DNA of 62,890 bases, counting the filler, from Thermodesulfobacteriota bacterium (lineage in GTDB: Bacteria > DASVDK01): the NCBI GenBank assembly GCA_036381125.1. It is 7 parts of 7 records of this genome, joined end to end, with 100 filler letters (N's around TTAATTAATTAA, not from the genome) between each part and the next. Parts side by side here need not be neighbours in the genome. Positions count along the whole stretch, not along the records: positions 48,302 to 56,348 come from DASVDK010000023.1; positions 56,449 to 59,062 come from DASVDK010000025.1; positions 59,163 to 62,890 come from DASVDK010000028.1; 4 more parts are not named here. One strand, 5' to 3'. Numbering within the stretch: the first letter of the stretch is position 1; every line of letters starts with the position of its first letter. A program made the translations under genes and the position numbers. The notes beneath the pieces are model-generated. The model was not told the origin of the DNA, ran no database searches, and was given only the letters and a program-made list of their open reading frames with translations. Below are positions 51,153 to 60,777 of the stretch, in pieces.

Positions 51153-51187
51153 CGCGGCCGCCGCCGCGCAGGAGAAGGAGTGCCGCC

Positions 51188-52189
51188 ATGCGCCTGATCT
51201 CCCGTCGCCAGCTCCTCGTCGCAGTCGCCGCAAGCGCCGCCCTCGGCGTCTCCGGGCTCGGCCCCGGCTCGGCGGCCGCCGCCGAGCCGGTCGTCCTGCG
51301 GCTCGGGCACGTCGGGTTCCCGAACTCGCTGTTCGACATCACCGCCAACGAGTTCGCGAAGCGGGTGAACCAGCAGCTCAAGGGGAAGGTCGAGGTCCGC
51401 GTCTTCCACTCGTCGCAGCTCGGCAGCGACGAGCAGATGCTCAAGGGGGTGCGCGTCGGCGCGCCGGAGATGTTCCTGCCCTCCACCATCATGAGCACGG
51501 TCGACGCGAAGTTCGGCGTCTTCGAGATGCCGTACATCATCGTGAGCCGCGCGCACATGAAGAAGGTCGCCGAGAGCCCCGTGATCGAGCAGATGCTCTT
51601 CTCCGGCCTGCCGGCCAAGGGCCTGCGCGTCCTCGGCATCTGGGAGAACGGCTTCCGGCACATCACGAACAACGTGCGGCCGATCGTCAGGCCGGAGGAT
51701 CTCAAGGGGATCAAGCTGCGCGTCCCGTCCGGCGTCTGGCGCGTGCGGATGTTCCAGGCGTACGGCGCCAACCCCTCCCCGATGCCGCTCAACGAGGTCT
51801 ACTCGGCGCTCCAGTCGGGCGTCATGGACGCGCAGGAGAACCCGCTCGCGCAGATCTGGGGCGCCAAGTTCCACGAGGTGCAGAAGTACCTCTCCATGAC
51901 CGGCCACGTGTACAGCCCCGCCTACCTCACCATCGGCGAGACCGCCTGGAAGCGGCTCGCGCCGGACGTCCAGCAGGCGCTCGCGCGGATCGCGCGCGAG
52001 GTCGGCGACTTCGCCCGGAGCGAGGGCGAGCGGCTCGACTCGGAGCTGATCGGCCAGATGAAGGGCATCGCGGTCAACGAGGCGGACAAGGACGCCTTCA
52101 TCCGGGCGTCGTCGAGCGTGTACGAGCGGTTCGCCGCCGAGGTGCCGGGCGGCGGGGCGCTCATCGACACCATCCAGGGGCTCCGCTGA
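51188..52189 (+). CDS. dctP: TRAP transporter substrate-binding protein (Tat-like signal SRRQLL)
   Basis: SQLG, ENGFRHITN, DLKGIKLRVP, EVYSALQSGVMDAQENP. Confidence 0.92.
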   Translation: MRLISRRQLLVAVAASAALGVSGLGPGSAAAAEPVVLRLGHVGFPNSLFDITANEFAKRVNQQLKGKVEVRVFHSSQLGSDEQMLKGVRVGAPEMFLPSTIMSTVDAKFGVFEMPYIIVSRAHMKKVAESPVIEQMLFSGLPAKGLRVLGIWENGFRHITNNVRPIVRPEDLKGIKLRVPSGVWRVRMFQAYGANPSPMPLNEVYSALQSGVMDAQENPLAQIWGAKFHEVQKYLSMTGHVYSPAYLTIGETAWKRLAPDVQQALARIAREVGDFARSEGERLDSELIGQMKGIAVNEADKDAFIRASSSVYERFAAEVPGGGALIDTIQGLR

Positions 52190-52728
52190 TGCCGGCGCGG
52201 CGCGCGGGTCGGGGGACCCGCGCGCTCGACCTCCTGGTGGCGGCGGCCGAGTGGCTCGCGGTGGGGCTCCTCGTCGCCATGGTGGCCGTCGTCACGGCCG
52301 CGGTCTTCTACCGGTACGTGCTCGACGACTCGCTCGTCTGGTACGACGAGGGCGCGTCGTTCCTCCTGGTCTGGCTGACGTTCGTCGGCTCGGTCGCGGT
52401 GGCGCGGCGCCGCCGTCACATCAGCTTCGAGCTGTTCGTCGAGCGGCGGACGCCGGGCGTCCGCCGGGCGCTCGAGGCCGCGGCGGAGCTCTGCATCCTG
52501 GCGTTCCAGCTCGTCCTCGTCGTGTACGGGTGGAACCTCGTCGAGAGCATGGGGGACGAGACCGCGGCGTCGCTCCTCTGGCTGCACATGGGGTGGGTCT
52601 ACGCCGTCATCCCGGCCTGCGGCCTCCTCATGGCGCTCGTGAGCCTCCACCGGCTGGCCGGGCTTCTGCGCGGCTCGCCGGAGGCCCCGGGCGGCGGCCC
52701 TCACGCGTCCGCCGGCGCGACCGAATAG
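52189..52728 (+). CDS. dctQ: TRAP small permease
   Basis: Four TMs, RYVL..WYDE..LVWLTF, RHI. Confidence 0.88.
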   Translation: MPARRAGRGTRALDLLVAAAEWLAVGLLVAMVAVVTAAVFYRYVLDDSLVWYDEGASFLLVWLTFVGSVAVARRRRHISFELFVERRTPGVRRALEAAAELCILAFQLVLVVYGWNLVESMGDETAASLLWLHMGWVYAVIPACGLLMALVSLHRLAGLLRGSPEAPGGGPHASAGATE

Positions 52729-52736
52729 GGGCGACG

Positions 52737-54014
52737 ATGGAGTTCCTCGTCCTCGCCGTCATCGTGCTCCTCACGCTGATCAACGTCCCGATCGCCTACG
52801 CGCTCGTCCTCACGGCCGGCCTGTTCATCGCGATCAAGGGGACCGCCTCGCTCTCGATCCTGCCGCTCAGCATGTTCGGCGGCGCCTCGTCGTTCCCGCT
52901 GCTCGCGATCCCGCTCTTCATCCTGGCCGGCGGCCTCATGGACACCTCGGGCATCTCGCTGCGCCTGGTGAACATGGCGCAGAGCCTCGTGGGGTTCGTT
53001 CGCGGCGGCCTCGGCATGGTCACGGTCGTGGCCACGATGATCCAGAGCGAGATCTCCGGCTCGTCGGTGGCCGACGCCGCCGCCATCGGCAACGTCGTCA
53101 TCCCGGCGATGGAGAAGCGCGGCTACCCGCGGGCGCTGTCGGCCGCCATCGTGTCGAACGCCGCCTCGGCCGCCATCCTGATCCCCCCGTCCATCCCCAT
53201 GATCATCTACGCCTGGATGGCCGAGACCTCCGTGGCGAAGCTCTTCCTGGCCGGCTTCCTGCCGGGCTTCATCGCCTGCGCGGCGATGATGGCCCTGGTC
53301 TACTACTACGCGCGGAAGCTGAACCTCCCGGTGGAGCAGCGCTTCTCACTGGCCGAGGTCGGCCGCTCGACGCTCCGGGCGGGCTTCGCGCTCCTGATCC
53401 CGGTCATCATCTGGGCCGGCATCCTGCTCGGCGTGGCGACGGCCACCGAGGCCGCGGCGCTGGCCGTCGTCGCCGCGCTCGCGATCGGCGCGTTCATCTA
53501 CCGAGAGCTGCCGGGACGGGACCTCGTCCGGATCCTCAAGGACTCCTCCGCGCAGACCGCCCAGGTCATGATGATCGTCGCCGCGTCGGCCGTCCTCGGC
53601 TGGTACCTCACCAGCGAGCAGATCCCGCAGAAGTTCGCGCAGATGATGCTCGAGGCGACGACGAACCGGTACCTGATCCTCCTGTTCCTCAACGTCTTCT
53701 TCCTCGTGGCCGGGATGTTCCTGCACTCGGCGGCGGCGATCATCCTCATCGTGCCGATCGTCATGCCGCTCGTCCGGCAGGTCGGGATCGACCCGGTCCA
53801 CTTCGGCGTCATCGTCACGATCAACCTCGGCGTGGGGCAGCAGACGCCGCCGGTCGCGACCGTCCTCTTCACGACGGCCGCCATCGCCCGCCTGCCGTTC
53901 TGGGAGGTCTTCAAGGCGTCCTGGCCCTTCACGCTCGTGATCGTTCTGGTCACCCTCCTGGTGACCTACGTGCCCTGGATCAGCCTGGTCGTCCCGAGCC
54001 TCTTCGACTGGTAG
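52737..54014 (+). CDS. dctM: TRAP large permease
   Basis: LLAIPLFILAG, ISGSSVADAA, IPPSIPMIIY, GIDPVHFG, TPPV. Confidence 0.93.
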   Translation: MEFLVLAVIVLLTLINVPIAYALVLTAGLFIAIKGTASLSILPLSMFGGASSFPLLAIPLFILAGGLMDTSGISLRLVNMAQSLVGFVRGGLGMVTVVATMIQSEISGSSVADAAAIGNVVIPAMEKRGYPRALSAAIVSNAASAAILIPPSIPMIIYAWMAETSVAKLFLAGFLPGFIACAAMMALVYYYARKLNLPVEQRFSLAEVGRSTLRAGFALLIPVIIWAGILLGVATATEAAALAVVAALAIGAFIYRELPGRDLVRILKDSSAQTAQVMMIVAASAVLGWYLTSEQIPQKFAQMMLEATTNRYLILLFLNVFFLVAGMFLHSAAAIILIVPIVMPLVRQVGIDPVHFGVIVTINLGVGQQTPPVATVLFTTAAIARLPFWEVFKASWPFTLVIVLVTLLVTYVPWISLVVPSLFDW

Positions 54015-54027
54015 AATCGTCCACATC

Positions 54028-56348
54028 ATGGCTGCCGCGCATCCGATCACCGACGATACCCGCGCCCTCGAGGCGGACCTGCGCCGAGAGGTCAGGGGCG
54101 AGGTCCGCTTCGACGCCTACACGCGCTTCCTCTTCTCGACCGACGCCTCGATGTACGCCATCGAGCCGCTCGGGGTCGTCTTCCCGAGGGACGGGGACGA
54201 CGTCCAGGCGGCCGTCGCGGTCGCGCGCCGGCACGGCGTCCCGGTGCTGCCCCGCGGCGGCGGCACGAGCCTGGCCGGCCAGGCCGTCGGCCGCGCGGTC
54301 GTCCTCGACTGCTCGCGGCACATGGCCGGCGTCCTCGACATCGACCCGGAGCGGATGCTCGCGCGGGTGCAGCCGGGACTCGTGCAGGACGACCTCAACC
54401 GGGCGGCAGCGAAGGTGGGGCTCGCCTTCGGGCCGGACACCTCCACGAGCAACCGGGCCACCATCGGCGGGATGATCGGCAACAACTCCGCCGGGAGCCA
54501 CTCGGTCATCTACGGGATGACGATCGACCACGTCGTCTCCCTCGACGTCGTCCTCTCCGACACGAGCCGGGCGCGCTTCGAGCCGGTCGGCCCCGACGAG
54601 GTCGTGCGCCGCGCGACGGGGGACTCGCTCGAGGCCCGGCTCTACCGGGAGCTGCCGGCGCTCGCCGCGGCCCACCGGCGCGCCATCGACAGCCGCTTCC
54701 CCGAGTTCTGGCGGCGGGCCGGCGGCTACCGGCTCGACCGGATTCCGACCGACGGGGGGCTCGACCTCGCGAAGTTCGTCGTGGGGGCCGAGGGGACGCT
54801 CGTCGCCATCACCGAGGCGGTGGTGCGGCTCGTCCCGAAGCCGAAGTTCGTCGTCATGGGGGTCGGCCAGTTCAGGACGGTGGCCGAGGCGATCGCGGCG
54901 ACCGGCGACGCGCTGGCGGTCAAGCCGGCGGCGGTCGAGCTGATCGACAAGACGATCCTCGACCTCGCCCGGCAATCGCGCGAGTTCGGCAAGATCGGCA
55001 GCTTCATCGAGGGGGACCCGGGCGCCCTCATGTTCGTCGAGTGCTACGGGGAGACCGAGGCCGAGGCGCTCGACGCCCTCGATCGGCTCCAGTCGACGTG
55101 GGCCCGCCACGGGCACGGCTACAGCTTCTTCCGCGCCACGACCCGCCCGGCGCAGCAGGCGGTCCTCAAGGTCCGCAAGTCCGGGCTCGGCTTCCTCATG
55201 GCGGCCGGCCGCGGCACGAACCGCCCCATCGCCTTCATCGAGGACACCGCGGTCGACCCGCGCCACCTGCCGGCCTACACGGAGCGGTTCAGGCAGATCC
55301 TCGATCGCCACGGGCTCAAGGCCGGCTTCTACGGCCACGCCTCCGTCGGCTGCCTCCACATCCGCCCCTTCATGGACCTGACCCGTCCGGGCGAGGTCCA
55401 GAAGATGCGGACGGTGGCCGAGGCGATCCGCGACCTGGTCGCCGAGTACGGCGGCGCGATGAGCAGCGAGCACGGCGACGGGCTCGCCCGCAGCGAGTGG
55501 AACCGCCGCCTCTTCGGCGACGAGCTGTACGAGGCGATGCGGCAGGTGAAGCGGCTCTTCGACCCCGAGGGCCGCATGAACCCGGGCAAGATCGTCGACG
55601 CGCCGGCCATGGACGAGCACCTGCGCGACCCGGCCATGCCGCCCGCCGGCCCCATCGAGACGCACTTCCACTTCGAGGAGGGGATGCGCGGTGCGGCGGC
55701 GCGCTGCATGCGGATCGGGCTCTGCCGCAAGGGCTTCGAGGGGACGATGTGCCCCTCCTACATGGCGACGCGCGTCGAGGACCACTCGACCCGCGGCCGG
55801 GCCAACGCGCTGGTGAAGGCGCTGTCGGACCCGGATCCGCGGCAGGCGCTCGGCGACGCACGGCTCCACGAGATCCTCGACCTCTGCCTCGAGTGCAAGG
55901 CGTGCAAGAGCGAGTGCCCGCTCTCGGTCGACATGGCGACGCTCAAGAGCGAGTTCCTGGCCCACTACTACGCGGTGCACGGCGTGCCGCTCCGGGCGCG
56001 CCTCTTCGGGCGGGTGCGGTCGCTGAACCGCCTCGGCTCGGCCCTGGCGCCCCTCTCGAACCTCCCCTCCCGCTTCGGGCCGGCGCGCTGGCTCCTCGAG
56101 AAGGTGGTGGGGATCGACCGCCGAAGGCCCCTTCCGCGCTTCGAGCGCGAGACGCTGCCGCGCTGGTTCGCGTCGCGGCCGGCGCCGGCCGGGGGCGGCG
56201 CCAGGGGCGAGGTCGTCTTCCTCGCCGACTCCTTCACGAGCTTCACCGAGCCGGCCATCGGCCGGGCGGCGATCGAGCTGCTGGAGCGCGCCGGGTACCG
56301 CGTTCGGCTCGAGACGGAGGTCTGCTGCGGCCGCCCTCAGATCTCGAA
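54028..56348 (+). CDS. FAD-linked oxidase fused to Fe-S/CCG domains (YdiJ/D-2-hydroxyacid dehydrogenase-like), truncated
   Basis: TDASMY, PRGGGTSLAGQ, TIGGMIGNNSAG, GHASVGCLH, SEHGDG, MCPSY, CLECKACKSECP, CCGR. Confidence 0.9.
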
Positions 56349-56448
56349 NNNNNNNNNNNNNNNNNNNNNNNNNNNNNNNNNNNNNNNNNNNNTTAATTAA
56401 TTAANNNNNNNNNNNNNNNNNNNNNNNNNNNNNNNNNNNNNNNNNNNN
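56349..56448. other. Artificial contig linker
   Basis: N-TTAATTAATTAA-N. Confidence 0.97.
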
Positions 56449-56634
56449 CTCGGCCGCGGCGGCCGGCGCGCCGTCCGTGCTCGGCTCGCTGCCGGCGGCC
56501 GCCGCCTCTTCGGCGTGGCCGGGCCCCTGGGACCACCAGGGGATCCCCATCCGTGTCGGGGTGCCGGTGCAGCCGGCGGCGGCCGCCGCGAGGAGCATGA
56601 CCGAGGCGATGGACCGTGCGCGTGCAGGCAACAT
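56449..56634 (-). CDS. N-terminus of a putative lipoprotein (truncated)
   Basis: MLPARARSIASVMLLAAAAAGC lipobox-like; GGGAGG RBS. Confidence 0.45.
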
Positions 56635-56930
56635 GACGAGCCCCTCCCGATCGGTGGACCGATTGATGCCGCGCGGCGCCGAGCCGCCGCGGTGCCTGAG
56701 CGTACCCGACCGGCGGTCGTCTTGCTCGCGTCGGCCGCGGAGGGCCGCGCGCGGGACGACGGCACGTTCACCCGCTTGTCGACAAGCCGCCGACGGTCTT
56801 CGGGATTGCCGCCGGTAAGGTACCCGTGTATGATCGCGGTGCTTCCGGAGGTGGAAGGGGCGTACCACGCGGACGTGGCACCCTCCCGGGAGCGCTCCCG
56901 CACCGCTTCCGGGGACCTGGCGAAGAGCCG

Positions 56931-57431
56931 ATGACGTTTCACGCGGGCCGTTACCGCATTCGGGTCGACCCCGGCCATCTCCTGTTCGTCTGCAGCGTCG
57001 GCGGCTACTGCCTCTGGTACCTCGCCGACACGCGGGCCGCCTCGACGAGCGTCCAGAACCTCCTCCTGATCCAGCCCGCCGTCGCGGTCGCGCTCCTCCT
57101 CGTGCTCGCCATCCTGCCGACCGTGGTGTCCATCGAGCGGGCGGCCGGGCCGGTGACGCCGGCGCCGCAACCGGCGCAGGCGGGGAGCGGCCGTCGCCTC
57201 GGCGACGGACTTCGCATCCTCGGGCTGATCGCCCTGCTCGGGCTCTACGTCCTCCTGATGACCGACATCGGCTTCGACGCGGCGACGTTCCTGTTCGTCG
57301 GCGGCAGCCTGCTCCTCCTCGGCGAGCGTCGCCCGAGCCTGGTCATCCTGCTGCCGCTCGTCTTCACGGCGCTCACGGTCTACGGCTTCAAGGTCATGCT
57401 CTCCATCCCCGTCCCCACGCTGGTGATCTGA
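56931..57431 (+). CDS. tctB: Tripartite tricarboxylate transporter small subunit
   Basis: Four to five TMs with IGFDAAT..LGERR..F..LSIPVP; precedes tctA. Confidence 0.7.
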   Translation: MTFHAGRYRIRVDPGHLLFVCSVGGYCLWYLADTRAASTSVQNLLLIQPAVAVALLLVLAILPTVVSIERAAGPVTPAPQPAQAGSGRRLGDGLRILGLIALLGLYVLLMTDIGFDAATFLFVGGSLLLLGERRPSLVILLPLVFTALTVYGFKVMLSIPVPTLVI

Positions 57432-57436
57432 CGGCC

Positions 57437-58963
57437 GTGATCGACTTCGCCGCGGCCTCGTCCGCGATCCAGATGCTGTTCGCCTCGTGGCAGCCGTGGC
57501 TCGTCGTGGTCCCGGGCCTGCTCATCGGGCTCGTCTTCGGCGCGATGCCGGGGCTGACGACCTCCGTCGCCATGGCCGTCTTCCTGCCGCTCACGCTGTA
57601 CATGGACTTCCTGTCGGCGCTGATCTTCATGACGGCCATCTTCACGGGCGGCGGCTTCGGCTGCGCCATCCCGGCCATCCTGATCAACGTCCCCGGCATG
57701 CCGGGCGCCGTCGCGACGACCTTCGACGGCTACCCGATGGCGAGGGCCGGCCGGCACAACGAGGCGCTCGGCCTCGGGCTGGCGGCGTCGAGCTTCGCCG
57801 AGGCGCTGAGCTACGTCATCCTCCTGCTCCTCGTCGAGCCGATCGCGCGGGCGGTCCTCGAGCTCGGCCCGCCCGAGATGTTCCTCGTCGCGCTGTGGGG
57901 GCTGACCCTCATCGCGGCCCTGCGGGGGCGCCACTACGCCCGGGGCCTCCTGGCCGGCGTGCTCGGCCTCCTCCTCGGCACGGTCGGCTTCAGCGCGCGC
58001 GGCGACATTCGGGGCACGATGGGGTTCGACATCCTCCTCGACGGCATCCCGGACGGGCCGGCGCTGGTCGGCCTCTTCGCCGCCTCGGAGCTGTTCAACC
58101 TGGTGCGGTCGGACTTCATCGTGGAGGACGCCGCGGCGCGGCGGGTGAGCCTCCGCGGCATCCTGCGCGGCGTCCGCGAGACGTTCCGCTACCCGGGCAC
58201 GCTCCTTCGCGGCTCGCTGATCGGCGTCGTCATCGGCGCGGTGCCGGGGGTCGGCTCGTCGGTCTCGAACCTCCTCGCCTACTCAGAGGCGCGCCGCACC
58301 GCCGACGACCCGGAGAGCTACGGCAAGGGGAACCCCCGCGGCGTGGTCGCGGCCGAGTCGGCCAACTCGAGCTCGGAAGGCGGCTCGATGGCGACGCTCC
58401 TGGCGCTCGGCATCCCCGGCGGCGGCGCCACGGCGATCATGCTCGGCGCCTTCGCCATGCACAACATCACCGGCGGCCCGCGCTTCATGGCCGACAACAA
58501 GGACCTGGTCTACGCGATCATCTTCGCCAACCTCGCCCAGGTGCTGATCCTCATGGTCGTCGGGCTGGCGTTCATCTTCGCCGCCAGCACGATCGTCAAG
58601 GTCCCGGCGAAGGTGCTCGTCCCGCTGGTGATGGCCATGTCGGTGCTCGGCAGCTACGCGCTCACCGGCAACATGGCCGGGCCGGCGACGTTCTTCGTCT
58701 TCGCCGTGCTCGGCTGGGTGATGCGTCGATACGACTACCCGGTCGCCGCCACCGTCGTCGGGCTCCTCCTCGGCCACATGGTCGAGGGGGAGATGCTCCG
58801 GACGTATCAGATGAGCGGCGGCGATCCGGCCTTCCTGCTCGAGCGGCCGATCGCCCTGGCGTTCTTCACGCTGCTCGTGCTGTCCCTGCTCTGGCCGGTC
58901 GCGGCCCGGCGGATCGGCGGCCGGCGCCGTGCGGCGGCCGACGCGGCCAAGGAGACGGAGTGA
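57437..58963 (+). CDS. tctA: Tripartite tricarboxylate transporter large subunit
   Basis: GAMPGL, AILINVPG, DGYPMA, GAVPGVG, GVVAAESAN, LALGIPG. Confidence 0.92.
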   Translation: MIDFAAASSAIQMLFASWQPWLVVVPGLLIGLVFGAMPGLTTSVAMAVFLPLTLYMDFLSALIFMTAIFTGGGFGCAIPAILINVPGMPGAVATTFDGYPMARAGRHNEALGLGLAASSFAEALSYVILLLLVEPIARAVLELGPPEMFLVALWGLTLIAALRGRHYARGLLAGVLGLLLGTVGFSARGDIRGTMGFDILLDGIPDGPALVGLFAASELFNLVRSDFIVEDAAARRVSLRGILRGVRETFRYPGTLLRGSLIGVVIGAVPGVGSSVSNLLAYSEARRTADDPESYGKGNPRGVVAAESANSSSEGGSMATLLALGIPGGGATAIMLGAFAMHNITGGPRFMADNKDLVYAIIFANLAQVLILMVVGLAFIFAASTIVKVPAKVLVPLVMAMSVLGSYALTGNMAGPATFFVFAVLGWVMRRYDYPVAATVVGLLLGHMVEGEMLRTYQMSGGDPAFLLERPIALAFFTLLVLSLLWPVAARRIGGRRRAAADAAKETE

Positions 58964-59062
58964 ACGTCACACGCGAACTCGCCGACATCGTCGTCGGCAC
59001 GCGCTTCGAGGACCTCACCGAGGACGTGATCGAGGTGGCGCGGCAGGTCTGCCTGGACGGGC
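58960..59062 (+). CDS. MmgE/PrpD-family protein N-terminus (truncated)
   Basis: MNVTRELADIVVGTRFEDLTEDVIEVARQVCLDG is a typical PrpD-family start. Confidence 0.65.
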
Positions 59063-59162
59063 NNNNNNNNNNNNNNNNNNNNNNNNNNNNNNNNNNNNNN
59101 NNNNNNTTAATTAATTAANNNNNNNNNNNNNNNNNNNNNNNNNNNNNNNNNNNNNNNNNNNN
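59063..59162. other. Artificial contig linker
   Basis: N-TTAATTAATTAA-N. Confidence 0.97.
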
Positions 59163-59401
59163 ACGAGCGGCTGCGCCGCGTCGTAGAAGGCCTTCCCCTC
59201 GAGGACGAGGGTCTCGTCGATGACGCCGAGGAGCACGGGGTCCTTCACCTTGAGGACGGCCTGGAGGAGCTGGTGGGCCTTGCTGACCGGCGCGAGGACG
59301 GCCGGGTGGCCCGAGGGGTAGAGGCCCCGTCCCTTGATCGCCCCGCTGAGGTGCGTGAGGGCGGTCTCGACCTTCTTGATGTCGTCGGCGGAGAGGCCCA
59401 T
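59163..59401 (-). CDS. N-terminal YPxGHP domain protein (HD-GYP/HEAT-associated type), truncated
   Basis: LSGAIKGRGLYPSGHPAV..LLGVIDETLVLEG. Confidence 0.55.
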
Positions 59402-59631
59402 AAAAGTGCGCGGACCCTACCCGCCGCCGTGCGGGCTGTCAAGCGCTTTGCGGGGAGAGGGCCCGAGCCCTGGCCCCGGGACCCGGATCACCGTCCCGGG
59501 CGCCGCCGCGCCGGCCGAGCCGCCGGGTCGCGTCCGGCGGTGTCGCCGCGGCGGCATGCACACGGCTCGATCTGCACGTCGCTCGGCACGCGCGTGGCGC
59601 CGGCCGCGCTCGGCATGGACCCGGCCTGGCC

Positions 59632-59931
59632 CTAGGACTTCGGCTTGAACAGCGCCTCGGCGGCCGCCCGCGCGCGTGCGGCCGCGTCGCCGGCCGCCGC
59701 GCGGGAGCCGCGCGGCCCGGGGCGGTACCAGTCGCAGAAGTTCGCGGTCTCTCGGTCGCGCACCGGCTCGGCCGCCGGCTCCTGGCAGGTGCGCGCCGAC
59801 GGCTCCCAGTTGGCGCACTGCACGCAGGCGTGGAGGTCGCGGTGGCAGCTCGCGCAGGTGTCGCGGCGGCCGACCCGCGCGCCTGGCGCGAGGGCGGGGA
59901 AGGGGGCGCCGCAGTGGTAACAGCTCGACAT
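59632..59931 (-). CDS. Small Cys-rich (Zn-binding-like) hypothetical protein
   Basis: MSSCYHCG..GRRDTCASCHRDLHACVQC..CQEPAAEPVRDRETANFCDWY, with eight Cys. Confidence 0.75.
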   Translation of the reverse strand: MSSCYHCGAPFPALAPGARVGRRDTCASCHRDLHACVQCANWEPSARTCQEPAAEPVRDRETANFCDWYRPGPRGSRAAAGDAAARARAAAEALFKPKS

Positions 59932-60003
59932 TGCCCGAGTATAGCGCCCGTCCCCCTTCGGCTTGCCTCGACACCCCGGAGGCCCGGTGCTACAACCAGC
60001 CCC

Positions 60004-60225
60004 ATGTACGAACGCAAGCGCCTCTTCCTGCGCATGGGGGACGAGGTCACGCACCTGCGCTACCCGGAATGGGGCGTCGGCGTCGTGGTCGAGGAGATGC
60101 GGTCCGAGCAGCCGGGCGGGATCTGCTTCGTTCGCGTCGACTTCGAGGACGGCATGCAGCGCACCTTCAACAACGACATCGACAGCGAGTGGTGCGGCTA
60201 CTACTTCGGTCTCAGGCGTCAGTAG
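60004..60225 (+). CDS. Small SH3/Tudor-like protein (DUF3553-like)
   Basis: LRMGDEVTHLRYPEWGVGVV..VRVDFEDG..RTF. Confidence 0.65.
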   Translation: MYERKRLFLRMGDEVTHLRYPEWGVGVVVEEMRSEQPGGICFVRVDFEDGMQRTFNNDIDSEWCGYYFGLRRQ

Positions 60226-60229
60226 CGCG

Positions 60230-60742
60230 GTGACGCGCCGCCCGCGTCTCCCGTCGGTCCTCTCCCTCCTCTTCGCCGCTCTCCTGGTCGCCGGACTCGC
60301 GCAGTGGCGCGAAGGCCGCGCGGCCCTCGTGCGCAAGGCCGTCGACGGCGACACCCTCCTGCTCGCGACGGGCGAGATGGTGCGCCTGATCGGCGTGGAC
60401 GCTCCCGAGACGGACGGCCCCTACACCCGCGCCGAGCCCTTCGGGACGCGGGCGGCCGCGTTCGTCCGCGAGGCGGCCGAGGGCCGCCGCATCCGCCTCG
60501 AGATCGGTCCCGAGCGGCGCGACGCCTACGGCCGGACGCTTGCGTACGTGCACGTGGACGACCTGGACCTCAACGCCGAGCTGATCCGGCGCGGCCTCGC
60601 GCGCGCCTATCGCCGGTTCCCCCACCGCCGCCTCGACGAGTTCGTCCGCCTCGAGGCCGAGGCGCGCGCGGCCGGCCGAGGCCTGTGGGCCGCCGACGCG
60701 GCGGGAGCCGGGGCCGGGCGGCAGCCGCGACCCGCCCGTTGA
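60230..60742 (+). CDS. Thermonuclease (SNase) family protein
   Basis: VDGDT, VRLIGVDAPE, DAYGRTLAYV, NAELIRRGLA, EAEAR..GRGLW. Confidence 0.92.
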   Translation: MTRRPRLPSVLSLLFAALLVAGLAQWREGRAALVRKAVDGDTLLLATGEMVRLIGVDAPETDGPYTRAEPFGTRAAAFVREAAEGRRIRLEIGPERRDAYGRTLAYVHVDDLDLNAELIRRGLARAYRRFPHRRLDEFVRLEAEARAAGRGLWAADAAGAGAGRQPRPAR

Positions 60743-60777
60743 CGCCGGCCGGGCGAGCCTCGTATGCTCGCCGGGCC

